From contig CAWGAA010000003.1 of NCBI GenBank assembly GCA_963820525.1, positions 352,779 through 416,778 of the forward strand: DNA of 64,000 nucleotides, in the 5' to 3' direction. The notes beneath the pieces are model-generated. The model did no database searches. It saw nothing but the letters and a program-made list of their open reading frames with translations, and was not told where the DNA came from. The DNA is from an uncultured Spirochaetota bacterium (GTDB lineage Bacteria > Spirochaetota > Spirochaetia > SZUA-6 > Fen-1364). Made by a program: the position numbers and the translations under genes. This document shows, piece by piece, positions 23,109 to 32,573 of the stretch; position 1 is the stretch's first letter; every line of letters begins with the position of its first letter.

Positions 23109-24605
23109 ATGCAGGAAAACCCTCTCGCCGCGGGTCTTGGGCTTCCGCGCGAGCCGCCTCCCCTGTCGATGGTCATCTTCGGGGCGAGCGGGGACCTCAC
23201 GCAGCGGAAGCTCATCCCTGCCCTCTTCTCGCTGTACCTCAAGGGCCACGTCCCGCGCCTGCGGGTCATCGGGTTCGCCCGGCGGGAGTGGACGGGGGAT
23301 GAGTTCAAGAGGCTCGTCCGCTCGATGCTCGACACGGAGGAGTTCTCCCGCGCCAGCGCGGAGGTCAAGGCCGCCTTCACCGCGAACGTCGGCTACGTCC
23401 GCTCCTCATTCGAGTCGCCGGACGGCTACCGCGCCCTGCGGGAGCTCTCTGCCGATCCCTCCAACCGCCTCTTGTACCTGGCCGTGCCGCCGGACAGCTA
23501 CGAGACGGTCATCGACCGCGTCCGGGAGTCGGGCATCGCGGACCAGTCCCGCGGCTTCTGCCGCATCATCGTGGAGAAGCCCTTCGGACGGGACCTTCAG
23601 AGCGCGCGCAGGCTCAACGAGAGGATCTCCTCCGCGTTTCCCGAGGACAAGATCTTCCGCATCGACCACTACCTGGGCAAGGAGACGGTGCAGAACATCA
23701 TGCTCCTGCGCTTTGGAAACGAGATTTTCGAGCCGGTCTGGAACAACCGCTACATCGACCACGTGCAGATCACCATGGCGGAGACCATCGGCGTGGAAAG
23801 CCGCGGCCGCTACTACGAGAGCGCCGGGGCCCTGCGGGACATGGTGCAGAACCACATGATGCAGCTGCTCTGTCTGGTGGCCATGGAGCCGCCGGTGGAC
23901 CAGAGCCCCGACAGCATCCATGACGAAAAGGTGAAGGTGCTGAAGTCCATCCAGCCCATACGCGCCGAGCGGGTGGAGACAGAGACTGTTCGCGCACAGT
24001 ACGCCCGGGGGATCGTCGGAGGCTCGGATGTCCCCTCCTACCGCGAGGAACAGGGGGTGGACCCCGCCTCCCCGGTGGAGACCTACGCGGCGGTGCGGGT
24101 CCACCTCGACTCCTGGCGGTGGGCGGGCGTGCCGTTCCTCCTCAGAACGGGAAAGAGGCTCTCGCGGCGGACCACGGAGATCTCCATCAACTTCAAGCGG
24201 CCGCCCCTCGCCCTGTTCGGCGACAGGAGGCTTTCACCTCCGCCCAATGTCCTGGTGATCCGGGTCCAGCCCCGCGAGGGAATCACCATGAGCTTCAATG
24301 CCAAGGTCCCGGGCTACGCGACGGACATGCGGACCGTCAACATGGACTTTTCCTACGGTTCGGCGTTCGGCGACGAGCTTCCCGAGGCATACGAGAGGCT
24401 CCTCCTGGACGCCATGGTGGGAGATTCCACCCTGTACATGCGCGCGGACGAGGTGGACTCGGCGTGGCGCTTCATCACGGATATACTGGACGGATGGAGC
24501 GGGCGCGGCAGGCCCGCGCTCTCCTTCTACCGGGCGGGCAGCTCGGGGCCGGAGGAGGCGGCGCAGCTGATGGGAGACGAGGAGAGAAGATGGCGCAGAC
24601 TCTAG
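23109..24605 (+). CDS. zwf: glucose-6-phosphate 1-dehydrogenase
   Basis: Start moved to MQENPLA (ATG 23109). Motifs GASGDL (NADP), RIDHYLGKE (active site), EKPFG. Confidence 0.9.
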   Translation: MQENPLAAGLGLPREPPPLSMVIFGASGDLTQRKLIPALFSLYLKGHVPRLRVIGFARREWTGDEFKRLVRSMLDTEEFSRASAEVKAAFTANVGYVRSSFESPDGYRALRELSADPSNRLLYLAVPPDSYETVIDRVRESGIADQSRGFCRIIVEKPFGRDLQSARRLNERISSAFPEDKIFRIDHYLGKETVQNIMLLRFGNEIFEPVWNNRYIDHVQITMAETIGVESRGRYYESAGALRDMVQNHMMQLLCLVAMEPPVDQSPDSIHDEKVKVLKSIQPIRAERVETETVRAQYARGIVGGSDVPSYREEQGVDPASPVETYAAVRVHLDSWRWAGVPFLLRTGKRLSRRTTEISINFKRPPLALFGDRRLSPPPNVLVIRVQPREGITMSFNAKVPGYATDMRTVNMDFSYGSAFGDELPEAYERLLLDAMVGDSTLYMRADEVDSAWRFITDILDGWSGRGRPALSFYRAGSSGPEEAAQLMGDEERRWRRL

Positions 24606-25669
24606 GCACGGCCCTCGACCCGCGCCTCATCGAGGAGGAGATTTCCCGGGTCCGCGAGCGGGAGTCGGACCCGTATGTGGCGGGGACGAGAACATCGCTT
24701 TTCAATCTCGTCATTTTCCGTTCCGGGGGCGCCGGAGGCGGAGCCGCCGCGGGGGGCGGAGCCGCCGGCACACGGGATCCCGTTACGACGGCTCTCGATT
24801 CACTGTTGGGAAAAAGGCCGGCGCGGATCATCTCGATGGAGGAGGGCGGCGGGGAACGCACATCCGTTTTTGTGAGCGGGCGCTGCTTTCCCGACGTCCG
24901 AAACCGCGGGGTCTGCTTCGAGGAGATCCGCATCCAGAACGGGGCTGACGGTCTGGGCAGAGACCTGGGCACATGGTCTCCCCTGCTCATCAGGGACCTT
25001 CCGGTCTTCGTCTGGTGGCTGGACCGCCTTTCGCCGCTTCCGCCCCTCCTCCTCCAGGCGGCGGAGCTTATTGACAAGCTCCTGGTCGACACGGCTTACT
25101 GCCTCTCTCTTGGTGAAAGCCCCCTCACGGGGCTCGGAGAGCTTGCCCGGCTGCGCGCCCGGACGCGGGGCATTGTCACGGTTTCGGATCTCGCATGGAG
25201 GCGGATCTTGCCGCTCCGGCTGCACGTGGCCCGCCTCTTCAACCCCGAGGAAGCGCGGTCCAGGCTGGACAAGATTTCGCGCGTCTCGCTTTCGGGGGGG
25301 TCGCGCGCCGAGGCCCTTCTGTTCTTCCTCTGGCTGGCGGCGCGGCTGGGCTGGAAGGCTCGGAGGATGGGGGGTCCGTCCACCTCCTTCCTCGACCCAT
25401 CGGGCGGGAGAATCGAGGCCGTTCAGCAGAAGGAGGCGGCGCTGGACGCCGGATTCGGCGTGGGTTTCTCCTTCAGCGACGCGGGGCGCGATTTGAAGCT
25501 CTCCTGCGGCGCCGGCGGATGCGTCGAGATGGGAGACGAGAAGGGAGTATACCGCTTTCTGGAGGACGGGGAGCTGCTCCTCCAGGAGGTGGACGGCTTC
25601 AAGCAGGATCCGCTCCTCATCGAGGCCATTGAGGCGGCCTCCGGGATCCCGGCGGCCGGCCCGGCGTGA
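24590..25669 (+). CDS. opcA: glucose-6-phosphate dehydrogenase assembly protein OpcA
   Basis: Starts MAQTLGT, overlapping the zwf stop by 16 nt. OpcA-like N and C halves. Placement zwf-opcA-pgl is typical. Confidence 0.75.
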   Translation: MAQTLGTALDPRLIEEEISRVRERESDPYVAGTRTSLFNLVIFRSGGAGGGAAAGGGAAGTRDPVTTALDSLLGKRPARIISMEEGGGERTSVFVSGRCFPDVRNRGVCFEEIRIQNGADGLGRDLGTWSPLLIRDLPVFVWWLDRLSPLPPLLLQAAELIDKLLVDTAYCLSLGESPLTGLGELARLRARTRGIVTVSDLAWRRILPLRLHVARLFNPEEARSRLDKISRVSLSGGSRAEALLFFLWLAARLGWKARRMGGPSTSFLDPSGGRIEAVQQKEAALDAGFGVGFSFSDAGRDLKLSCGAGGCVEMGDEKGVYRFLEDGELLLQEVDGFKQDPLLIEAIEAASGIPAAGPA

Positions 25670-25682
25670 CAGGCGCGCGCTC

Positions 25683-26450
25683 GTGGTGCAAACCAGGGTG
25701 TATTCGGACCGCGCCGCCATGGCTTTTGCCGCCGGCGACCTCGTGCTCAAAAGGATTCTTGCCGCCCTGGAGGCGCGCCGGCGCGCCGCAATCGTCCTTT
25801 CCGGCGGAACCACGCCGAGGGAAACCTACAGGCTTCTGGCGCGTGCCATCGTGGATGAACGGGTCCCGGTGGAGAGGCTGCTGTGGATCCTCGCCGACGA
25901 GCGCTGGGTGCCCGTCACGCACCCCGGCAGCAATGAGGGCATGATCCGCGAAGCGCTCCTCGCCCCCATCGGCGCGCCGGAAGATTCCATCCTGTCATGG
26001 CAGGCGGGAAGCGGAGATCCTGTGGAGCGCGCGGACCGATACGGCAAGGAGGTGAGTTCCCGAATGGCGGGCGGAGACAGGCCCGACATTCTGGTCCTCG
26101 GCATGGGGGCAGACGGCCACACCGCCTCGCTTTTTCCCGGCGCAACAGCGATACTGTCCGACGGCAGGAGGATGGCCGTTTGCGCCGACATCCCCGGCGT
26201 GAGCGTCGCAGTCCTTCGCCGCGACGGGACATGGAGGCTGAGCCTCTGCCCCTGGTTCATGAATACGGCGCGTCTGGCCGCATTTCTCGTGGCGGATGCC
26301 CAGAAGCGGGAGAAGCTCGAAGCGGCGCGGCATCGTGACCCGGACGTGCCCGCCTCCTGGATCCGGGGCGAGGAAACGTTGTTTCTCACGACGCGGGAAG
26401 TCCAGGGAGAAGGGCCGCCGGATCTCGGAGGGGAGGTGCGCTTCGCGTGA
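25683..26450 (+). CDS. pgl: 6-phosphogluconolactonase
   Basis: Motifs LSGGTTP and GMGADGHTASLFPG. Likely GTG start at 25683 (alternative ATG at MAFAAG). Confidence 0.8.
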   Translation: MVQTRVYSDRAAMAFAAGDLVLKRILAALEARRRAAIVLSGGTTPRETYRLLARAIVDERVPVERLLWILADERWVPVTHPGSNEGMIREALLAPIGAPEDSILSWQAGSGDPVERADRYGKEVSSRMAGGDRPDILVLGMGADGHTASLFPGATAILSDGRRMAVCADIPGVSVAVLRRDGTWRLSLCPWFMNTARLAAFLVADAQKREKLEAARHRDPDVPASWIRGEETLFLTTREVQGEGPPDLGGEVRFA

Positions 26451-26476
26451 GCGGCCGCGGAAAGGAAGAAACGGGC

Positions 26477-27256
26477 ATGGATGAGAGGTTGAGCGCTTTC
26501 GTGCGCTCGCTCTACTTCGACATTCACAGAATCGACGGAGTAAACCCCCTGGAGATCTGGAACGGAATCCGGGAGATCTCCGATCCCTTCGAGAGGACCA
26601 GCCTCATCAAGAACCTCTTCAAGATCGTGATACCGCTGGTCAACGGGGAGATGTTCGACATGCCGTTCGCGGAGCAATCCCGGGCGGCCAGGCGGGCCGT
26701 CTCGTCGCTTTTTGCCCTCTACCGGGAAGACCCCGTTTCATCAATTTTCAGCCGCTTCCCCGATCCCCCCGTCAGAGACGAGGACCAGAAGGCCCTCTAT
26801 GCCGCCGTCAAGTCGGATGCGCTCCCGCTGGCCAAGGAGGCCGCGAAAAAGGCCGCCGGAAATCCGCCGGAGAGCCTCTTCCGCGGCGGCCTTTTCGATC
26901 TTCGGGAGATGAGGGTGGTTGACAACGAGCTTCCCTACATCATCTTCACGGACAAGGAGTTTCGGGTCATCCATGGAATGGTAATCGTCTATCTCTGGCT
27001 CATCGACCTCGGCCCGGCCTTCCTGTCGACGCTGGAGGACAACGGCGTGGGCGGAGAAATCCCGGACGAATACCGTCGCTTCGATCGGCGGGTGTTGAAG
27101 GAAGCGCCCCTTGTGATCCAGGGAAAAAAGATCGAGCCGAGCGCCCTTGCCTCGCGCCTCGGAGAGAAGCTGAAGTACGAGGAATACCACGACGTGTTCG
27201 AAGCCGTGTACCGGTGGCTCGAGGGGGCGCGGGAGCGGTTCGACTCTCAGGGCTGA
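26477..27256 (+). CDS. hypothetical protein
   Basis: About 259 aa from MDERLSAF with RBS AAAGGAAG. No domain recognised. Confidence 0.5.
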   Translation: MDERLSAFVRSLYFDIHRIDGVNPLEIWNGIREISDPFERTSLIKNLFKIVIPLVNGEMFDMPFAEQSRAARRAVSSLFALYREDPVSSIFSRFPDPPVRDEDQKALYAAVKSDALPLAKEAAKKAAGNPPESLFRGGLFDLREMRVVDNELPYIIFTDKEFRVIHGMVIVYLWLIDLGPAFLSTLEDNGVGGEIPDEYRRFDRRVLKEAPLVIQGKKIEPSALASRLGEKLKYEEYHDVFEAVYRWLEGARERFDSQG

Positions 27257-29553
27257 GCGCGGCAGGCGCGGATGGCGTCGACGAGCGCGCGGGGGGAGCC
27301 GCCCTTGCTGACGGAGCCGGACGCCCCAGCTTCCCGCATGACATCGGCAAACTCGCGCTCATCGTACATCGAGAGCGCGATGACGCAGATTTCAGGGCGG
27401 CTCGCGCGCAGAGCGCGCGTCGCCTCGATTCCTCCCATCCCCGGCATCTGCATGTCCATGAGAACGACGTCGGGGCGAAGCTTGCCCGCGAGATCCAGCG
27501 CGGCCTCTCCCGAATCCGCCTCCCCGACCACCTCGATTCCCGGCTCCTGGGAGAGAAGCTCCGCCAGCCCGCGCCGCGCTATCCTGTGGTCGTCCGTGAT
27601 GAGCACGCGGATGACAGGCGCGCCCTCTGCTGGGGACGGATCGCCTTTCTCTTCGGCATCCGGCCGCCTTTCCGGATTCCCGGCAGAGCTTTCCCGGGAG
27701 CCGTCGAGAGGGACACTCAGGCTGAAGACGCTCCCCTTTCCGGGAGCGCTGCGTATCTCCATCTTTCCGCCGAGCAGACTCAAACGCTCGCGAATGTTGA
27801 AAAGCCCGAACCCGCCCGCTACGGCCTTCTTGTCCAGGTGAGTGGGATCGAAGCCGCTTCCGCGGTCCGAGACGAGGATGCGAAGCTCTCCGCCGGAAAA
27901 GGAAACCTCCAATCCGGCGGATTTGACACCGGCGTGCTTGACCACGTTGAGCAGGAGCTCGCGCACGGCCTGAAAGAGAAGCACCGTGATGTCATTCGCG
28001 GCCGGCGGCGTGTCTTCGGCAACCTTCAACCGGACGGACAGCCCATGGGTCTGCGACATCCAGCGCACCAGCCATCCGAGCGCCGAGATCAGGCTGCCCT
28101 CGCTCAAGGCCGGAGGGTTGAGCTCAGAGGTGAAGGAGCGGGAAACTTCTAGGGATTGGGCCAAGAGCTCCTCCGCCCTCCCCACCTCCTCCCGCGCCTC
28201 CTCGCCCGCCTTGAGCTTTACGATCTCCACCTGGTAGCGGGCTCCCACAAGAAGCTGCTGCAGATCGTCATGAAGGACTTGCGCCAGGCGGCGGCGCTCC
28301 CGCTGCTCGGCGAGGCCGAGCTCTCCCACCAGCCTTCGAAGCAGGAAGGCCAGACGTTCCAGTTCTTCGTTGGTCTCCCGCAGCTTCTCCTCGGCGCGCG
28401 TGCGGGTGGCCGCCTCAAGCCTCATCTCGCTCACGCTCCTTGTCAGCTCCGCCGTTCGCTCCTTGACGCGCTTCTCCAGCTCCGCCTTTGCCTGGCGGAG
28501 CGCCTTCTCCGCGCCGATGCGCTCCATGGCAATGGATACCTGGTCCGTCATGGTCTTCATCAGCGCCACGTCATCCTGGGAAAACGTGCCGCGCGTTCTG
28601 GTTCCGAATGAGAGGGTCCCGATCACCTTCCCTCGAGCAATAAGGGGATGACAGCAGTAGGCCTTCAGCCTGAAGGAACGTGCGAGCTCCGCCCGTGGAT
28701 CCGCCCCGCTGTCTATATTCTCAGCAACAATGGGCGCTCCGTCCCTGGCAACGATTCCGCAAATGGCCTGGCCGTAGGCGATCTCCCTTATCCCGTCCGC
28801 CTGGCTCTTCGTGATCCCCAGGGAGGCGTTCAGCCGCAGGCGCTCGCTGTTGGCAACCGACAGGAAATTCAGGCATACCTGGCAGTCGAGGATCTCCATG
28901 ACCCTGGCGCAAAGGGACCTGACGATGCTCTGCGGCGCGTGGGATTGAAGGAGCCGGCTCGCGGTCTCGCTCAAGACCTCGAACCTTTCCATACTGGCTT
29001 TCAATAGCTCCTGCTGCCGCTCGAGCCTTTCCACCATGCCCAGGGACGCCTCCAGCTCGGAAAGGTCGGAGGCAACGATGCAGATGCACGGATTGTCAGC
29101 CAGGCCGAGGAAGCTTGCCGAGAAGTGAGCGGGCACCGGCCCCCTCGCCGCGGCGAACACGATGCGTGCCTTCACCGGCGAACGCTCGGCGTTCGCCAGG
29201 AGCCGGGAGAGATTGTCGCGGTCTTCAGCGGCAACGAAATCGGCCAGGGGCCGCCCGATCAGAAGCTCGAGCGGCTTGCCGAGCATCCTGCTCAATTGGC
29301 CGTTGGAATGGAGAATGGTGCCATCCAGTGTGACCGTGAAGGCCGCCTCACTCATCGTTTGGATGATGAGCCGGTACACGGCGTCGGAGCCTGAAATTGA
29401 AAAGATCTGCTCTCCGCGGGTGCCGGAGACGACGATCGCGTCCACTTCGCCCTCGCGGATGGCGCGCAGCGCTTCCTCCGCCTCCTGGAGGCGCCGCGTG
29501 AGCTCTTCCATCCCCGCCTTCGGCTGGCGCCGGGCGCGCCGTGTGCCTTTCAT
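27247..29553 (-). CDS. hybrid sensor histidine kinase/response regulator (PAS-GAF-HisKA_3-HATPase-REC)
   Basis: 768 aa. NarX-type H-box (RRRLAQVLHDDLQQ), HATPase G-boxes (DRGSGF, GGFGL), C-terminal receiver (VLITDDH...DVVLMDMQMPGMGG). Confidence 0.85.
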   Translation of the reverse strand: MKGTRRARRQPKAGMEELTRRLQEAEEALRAIREGEVDAIVVSGTRGEQIFSISGSDAVYRLIIQTMSEAAFTVTLDGTILHSNGQLSRMLGKPLELLIGRPLADFVAAEDRDNLSRLLANAERSPVKARIVFAAARGPVPAHFSASFLGLADNPCICIVASDLSELEASLGMVERLERQQELLKASMERFEVLSETASRLLQSHAPQSIVRSLCARVMEILDCQVCLNFLSVANSERLRLNASLGITKSQADGIREIAYGQAICGIVARDGAPIVAENIDSGADPRAELARSFRLKAYCCHPLIARGKVIGTLSFGTRTRGTFSQDDVALMKTMTDQVSIAMERIGAEKALRQAKAELEKRVKERTAELTRSVSEMRLEAATRTRAEEKLRETNEELERLAFLLRRLVGELGLAEQRERRRLAQVLHDDLQQLLVGARYQVEIVKLKAGEEAREEVGRAEELLAQSLEVSRSFTSELNPPALSEGSLISALGWLVRWMSQTHGLSVRLKVAEDTPPAANDITVLLFQAVRELLLNVVKHAGVKSAGLEVSFSGGELRILVSDRGSGFDPTHLDKKAVAGGFGLFNIRERLSLLGGKMEIRSAPGKGSVFSLSVPLDGSRESSAGNPERRPDAEEKGDPSPAEGAPVIRVLITDDHRIARRGLAELLSQEPGIEVVGEADSGEAALDLAGKLRPDVVLMDMQMPGMGGIEATRALRASRPEICVIALSMYDEREFADVMREAGASGSVSKGGSPRALVDAIRACRAQP

Positions 29554-29891
29554 TTTTTCGGCTTCAAGTCCAGCCCGACGAGGACCTTGTCCTTGTTCGC
29601 CATGTCGCCGATCAGCCGGCGAAGCGGAAGGGGAAGTTTTTTGATGAGCGTTGGGGCTGCAATGATCTGCTCTCCCCTGGCCAGCGTCGGCTGCTGGTAG
29701 ATGTCGATGACCTCAAGCGTGTAGCGTCCCTTGAGGTACTCATCACAGATCTCCGTCACCGCGCGGATAGCCTCCCTGGATTTGGTGCTCAGCCCCGCCA
29801 CGTAGAGCTTCAGGGAATACCTGGTCTTGCCTTCCCGGCGCGCCGCGGACGCCAGCGCCTTTTTCGCGCCGTTCTTCTTGTCCGAAGGCAT
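29550..29891 (-). CDS. kaiB: KaiB-like protein (thioredoxin-like fold), translationally coupled to the hybrid kinase
   Basis: LKLYVAG...ICDEYLKGRYTLEVIDIYQQPTLARGEQIIAAPTLIKKLPLPLRRLIGDMANKDKVLVGLDL matches the KaiB family. ATGA overlap with the kinase start. Confidence 0.8.
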   Translation of the reverse strand: MPSDKKNGAKKALASAARREGKTRYSLKLYVAGLSTKSREAIRAVTEICDEYLKGRYTLEVIDIYQQPTLARGEQIIAAPTLIKKLPLPLRRLIGDMANKDKVLVGLDLKPKK

Positions 29892-29908
29892 GCCCCTCTC
29901 TCCTTTCC

Positions 29909-30200
29909 TCAAGGCCTCCGCCGCAGGTCGAGGCCTACGAGGAGGCGTTCCGTATCCGAAAGGTCCCCGATGATCTTCCTCACGGGCTCGGGCAGCTTTC
30001 GAACCAGGGTGGGAACCGCGACTATCTGGTCTCCCCGCTCAAGCCGAGGCTCGACCAGCAGGTCAATGACCTCGATGTTGTAGCGGCCCGCCAGGTGCTC
30101 CTCACAAACGCGCCGTAAGTTTTCAAAGGCTCCTTCAGGACGCGCAGGCGCCTTGTAGAGATCTGGTTGGAAACCCGATGGTCGAGGAGGATCACGCAGT
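29909..30200 (-). pseudogene. second kaiB paralog with no in-frame start codon; 5' end overlaps the KaiC-like frame
   Basis: Minus-strand translation (not in ORF track because no ATG/GTG/TTG): FQPDLYKAPARPEGAFENLRRVCEEHLAGRYNIEVIDLLVEPRLERGDQIVAVPTLVRKLPEPVRKIIGDLSDTERLLVGLDLRRRP*. Clear KaiB homology. Coordinates hand-derived, approximate. Confidence 0.55.
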
Positions 30201-30645
30201 CGCTCACGTACTCCTCCAGGCCGTGCCGGGTAAGGCTGTTCACCCCCTTCTCCCCGGTGATTATGGAAGTGACGCCGCGTTCCTTCAGCCAGCGGAACAA
30301 TCGGCGCAACTCCGCCCGCAGGATCGCCTCGTTAGGGATGCCGGTAAAAAGGGCCTCGACGGTATCCAGCACGACCCGCCTGGCCCCGATCTCGCGAATC
30401 AGGCTGTCCAGGCGGATGAAAAGCCCTTCCAGGTCATACTCGCCGGTCTCTTCGATTTCGCTTCTTTCTATATGAACATAATCCACGGCGAGCTTGTTCT
30501 TTTTGACCAGGTCGTGAAGATCGAAGCCAAGGCGCGACGCTGGAAACTTTCCGATCCGGCATAATGGTCCCTCTATTTGCAGCACGGTCGAGTCCGAAAC
30601 ATTGGGACGACTACCTGCAGATCGTATCACAGCGGCAACGTGCAC
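30022..30645 (-). pseudogene. KaiC-like RecA-superfamily ATPase fragment (central part of one domain, no Walker A)
   Basis: ARRVVLDTVEALF, ILRAELRRLFRWLKERGVTSIITGE, HGLEEYVSDCVILLDHRV, RRLRVLK align with KaiC. No P-loop in any upstream frame. The C-terminal 25 aa of the ORF do not match KaiC; that stretch encodes kaiB in another frame. Confidence 0.6.
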
Positions 30646-30900
30646 GCAACGCTGTCCCGGCGGCGGCTACGACTTTTTCCGCCCCTTCTCCTTAGCGGGG
30701 ATCTCCTTCCCAACCACCGAAGTCAGTCGTGATGTTCGCACGGATCGTGAGCATGCAGCTTCACTCAGCTGCGGTCCCCTCCTGGTATGAGGTCGATGAC
30801 CCTCTTTTTCCAGAGCTTCACCTTGGAGCGGTGGGCGCCGCGGGCGATCCGTTTATAGCGGTATTGTTCTTCGCATTGGGCTGACCGCAAGTCAGGGCCT

Positions 30901-30938
30901 CTTGACAAATTGTACTAATACAATTATTATTGTATTAG
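30901..30938 (+). promoter_or_regulatory. sigma70-like promoter (TTGACA-N17-TATTAT) overlapped by a perfect 11-bp inverted repeat; candidate YtrA/GntR operator
   Basis: ACTAATACAAT-tatt-ATTGTATTAGT at about 30913-30938 flanked by GTAC repeats, about 70 bp upstream of the gntR ATG. Confidence 0.45.
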
Positions 30939-31007
30939 TTTTCTAGTACATTTAGCGATTGATATAGTACAAATCGATTTCGCCAGAGGTCTGAGAGCGG
31001 GGGAGCC

Positions 31008-31442
31008 ATGAGAGACGCGGAGCAGAAATGGCACGTCGAGAGACCACCGTTCCTGAAGGAGTTGGGGACCAGTTTCGCCCTGGATACGAAAAGCGGTGTC
31101 CCGTTTTACAGGCAGATCATCCAGCTTGTGGAGAGAATCACCGTGGAGAGGAAGCTCAAGCCGGGTGACAGGCTTCCCACGATCCGCGCCCTTTCCATCG
31201 CGCTGAAGGTGAACCCCAACACGGTGGCAAAGGCTTATATGGAGCTGGAAATCCGCGGCCTGGTCCAGACGCAGGTCGGAAGCGGGACCTACGTCACGGA
31301 CAAGCAGCCCGACCCGGGCGAAAGGGATCGCGCAAGAAAAATGGTAGAAGAGCTCTGCCTCGACCTTCTCAGGAAAGCGAGCGCCCTGGGAGTGGAAAAG
31401 GAAGAAGTTATCTCGATCGTTCGAGATTTAAACGCGAAGTGA
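31008..31442 (+). CDS. GntR family transcriptional regulator (short YtrA-like subfamily)
   Basis: 144 aa. wHTH PGDRLPTIRALSIALKVNPNTVAKAYMELEIRGLV, short C-terminal dimerisation region. Confidence 0.8.
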   Translation: MRDAEQKWHVERPPFLKELGTSFALDTKSGVPFYRQIIQLVERITVERKLKPGDRLPTIRALSIALKVNPNTVAKAYMELEIRGLVQTQVGSGTYVTDKQPDPGERDRARKMVEELCLDLLRKASALGVEKEEVISIVRDLNAK

Positions 31443-31454
31443 GAGGAGGCGGCC

Positions 31455-32546
31455 ATGATAGGACTGAAAAAGAAGCAGGAGAACTACCTCATCAAGAACA
31501 CGCAGGTGACGGAGCTTGAGAGGCACTTTTCGTGGAACGTCGCAAGCGTGATCTGGTTTCTGACATTCCTGGTGGCGGGGATCGCGGCCTACCTCGCCTC
31601 GAGCGCCTGGAGCCTTCCGGGGATTGCCGGGATTGCGGCTCTTGCGTCACCCCTCATCCTATTCGCCACTTTGCTCCTTGCCCGGTGGGAGGTGGTGTTC
31701 ATCGTTATAATTTCCACAGGATTGGGCTCGTGCCTTACTCTCGGATCGTCTTGCTGGACGTTCCTCATCTTCTCTGCGGTTGGAAGTATCGGGGGGCTTA
31801 TGTTTCAAATTGCCAAGGAATGGGAAAGAGCCGTGGTCCTGCGGCTGGGAAAGTTCAAGAAGATCAAGGGGCCGGGGCTCTTCCTGGTCCTCCCCTTCAT
31901 CGACACCATCGCTCGCAGAATCGACCTGCGCATCCGTGTGACGGACTTCGCGGCCGAGACCGTCCTGACCAGGGACTCCGTGCCCGTCACCGTGGATGCG
32001 CTGTGCTTCTGGCTTGTGTGGGACGCCGAGAAGGCGATGCTCGAGGTGGAAAATTATTTCGAGGCCGTGGTCTTGAGCTCGCAGACCGCTCTGCGAACCG
32101 CCGTTTCCAGCAATGACCTGAGCACCCTGTTGACCAACGGTGAGAAGTTCGAAGACGACGTTCGCAAGGAAGTGGAACGAAAGACCACGGAATGGGGAAT
32201 CACCATCCAGCACGTCGAGATCACGCAGATCGAGATTCCTGACGAGCTGGAGAAAGCGATGAGCAGCGTCGCCCAGGCCGAACGCGAGGGGAGGGCCCGC
32301 ATCCTCCTGAGCGAAGCCGAAAAGGAGGTGGCGCGAAACCTCGACGAGGCGTCGAGGGTCTACAGGGAAAACCCGGCCGCGCTCAGGCTGAAAAACTTGA
32401 GCGTTCTCCAAGAGGGATTCAAGAACGGCGCCGGCTTGGTTGTTGTGCCATCGCACCTGCCGGAAGAGCTCGGTCAGGACGACGTCTTCGGCCTGAAGGC
32501 GCTGAACGAGATGCGCGGCCCCAAGGGAAAGCCCAACGCTCCATAA
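31455..32546 (+). CDS. SPFH/band-7 (stomatin-like) membrane protein with N-terminal multi-TM extension
   Basis: SPFH core (RAVVLRLGKFKKIKGPGLFLVLPFIDTIARRIDLRIRV...), followed by a coiled-coil. Confidence 0.8.
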   Translation: MIGLKKKQENYLIKNTQVTELERHFSWNVASVIWFLTFLVAGIAAYLASSAWSLPGIAGIAALASPLILFATLLLARWEVVFIVIISTGLGSCLTLGSSCWTFLIFSAVGSIGGLMFQIAKEWERAVVLRLGKFKKIKGPGLFLVLPFIDTIARRIDLRIRVTDFAAETVLTRDSVPVTVDALCFWLVWDAEKAMLEVENYFEAVVLSSQTALRTAVSSNDLSTLLTNGEKFEDDVRKEVERKTTEWGITIQHVEITQIEIPDELEKAMSSVAQAEREGRARILLSEAEKEVARNLDEASRVYRENPAALRLKNLSVLQEGFKNGAGLVVVPSHLPEELGQDDVFGLKALNEMRGPKGKPNAP

Positions 32547-32573
32547 GGGGCGACGGATGCGAGGAGATGCGAC

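Noticed and set aside
24119-24589. N-terminal 157 codons of track ORF 24119..25669 overlapping the end of zwf
   Set aside because: Gly/Arg-rich out-of-frame readthrough. OpcA homology begins at MAQTLGT (24590).
30645-30900. Search for the missing KaiC Walker A (GxxGxGKT) upstream of the KaiC fragment in all minus frames
   Set aside because: None found. The fragment is genuinely truncated rather than frameshifted at its 5' end.
30776-30909. Small minus-strand ORF (..QCEEQYRYKRIARGAHRSKVKLWKKRVIDLIPGGDRS) upstream of the KaiC fragment
   Set aside because: No start with RBS and no recognisable family. It overlaps the GntR promoter/operator. Likely non-coding.
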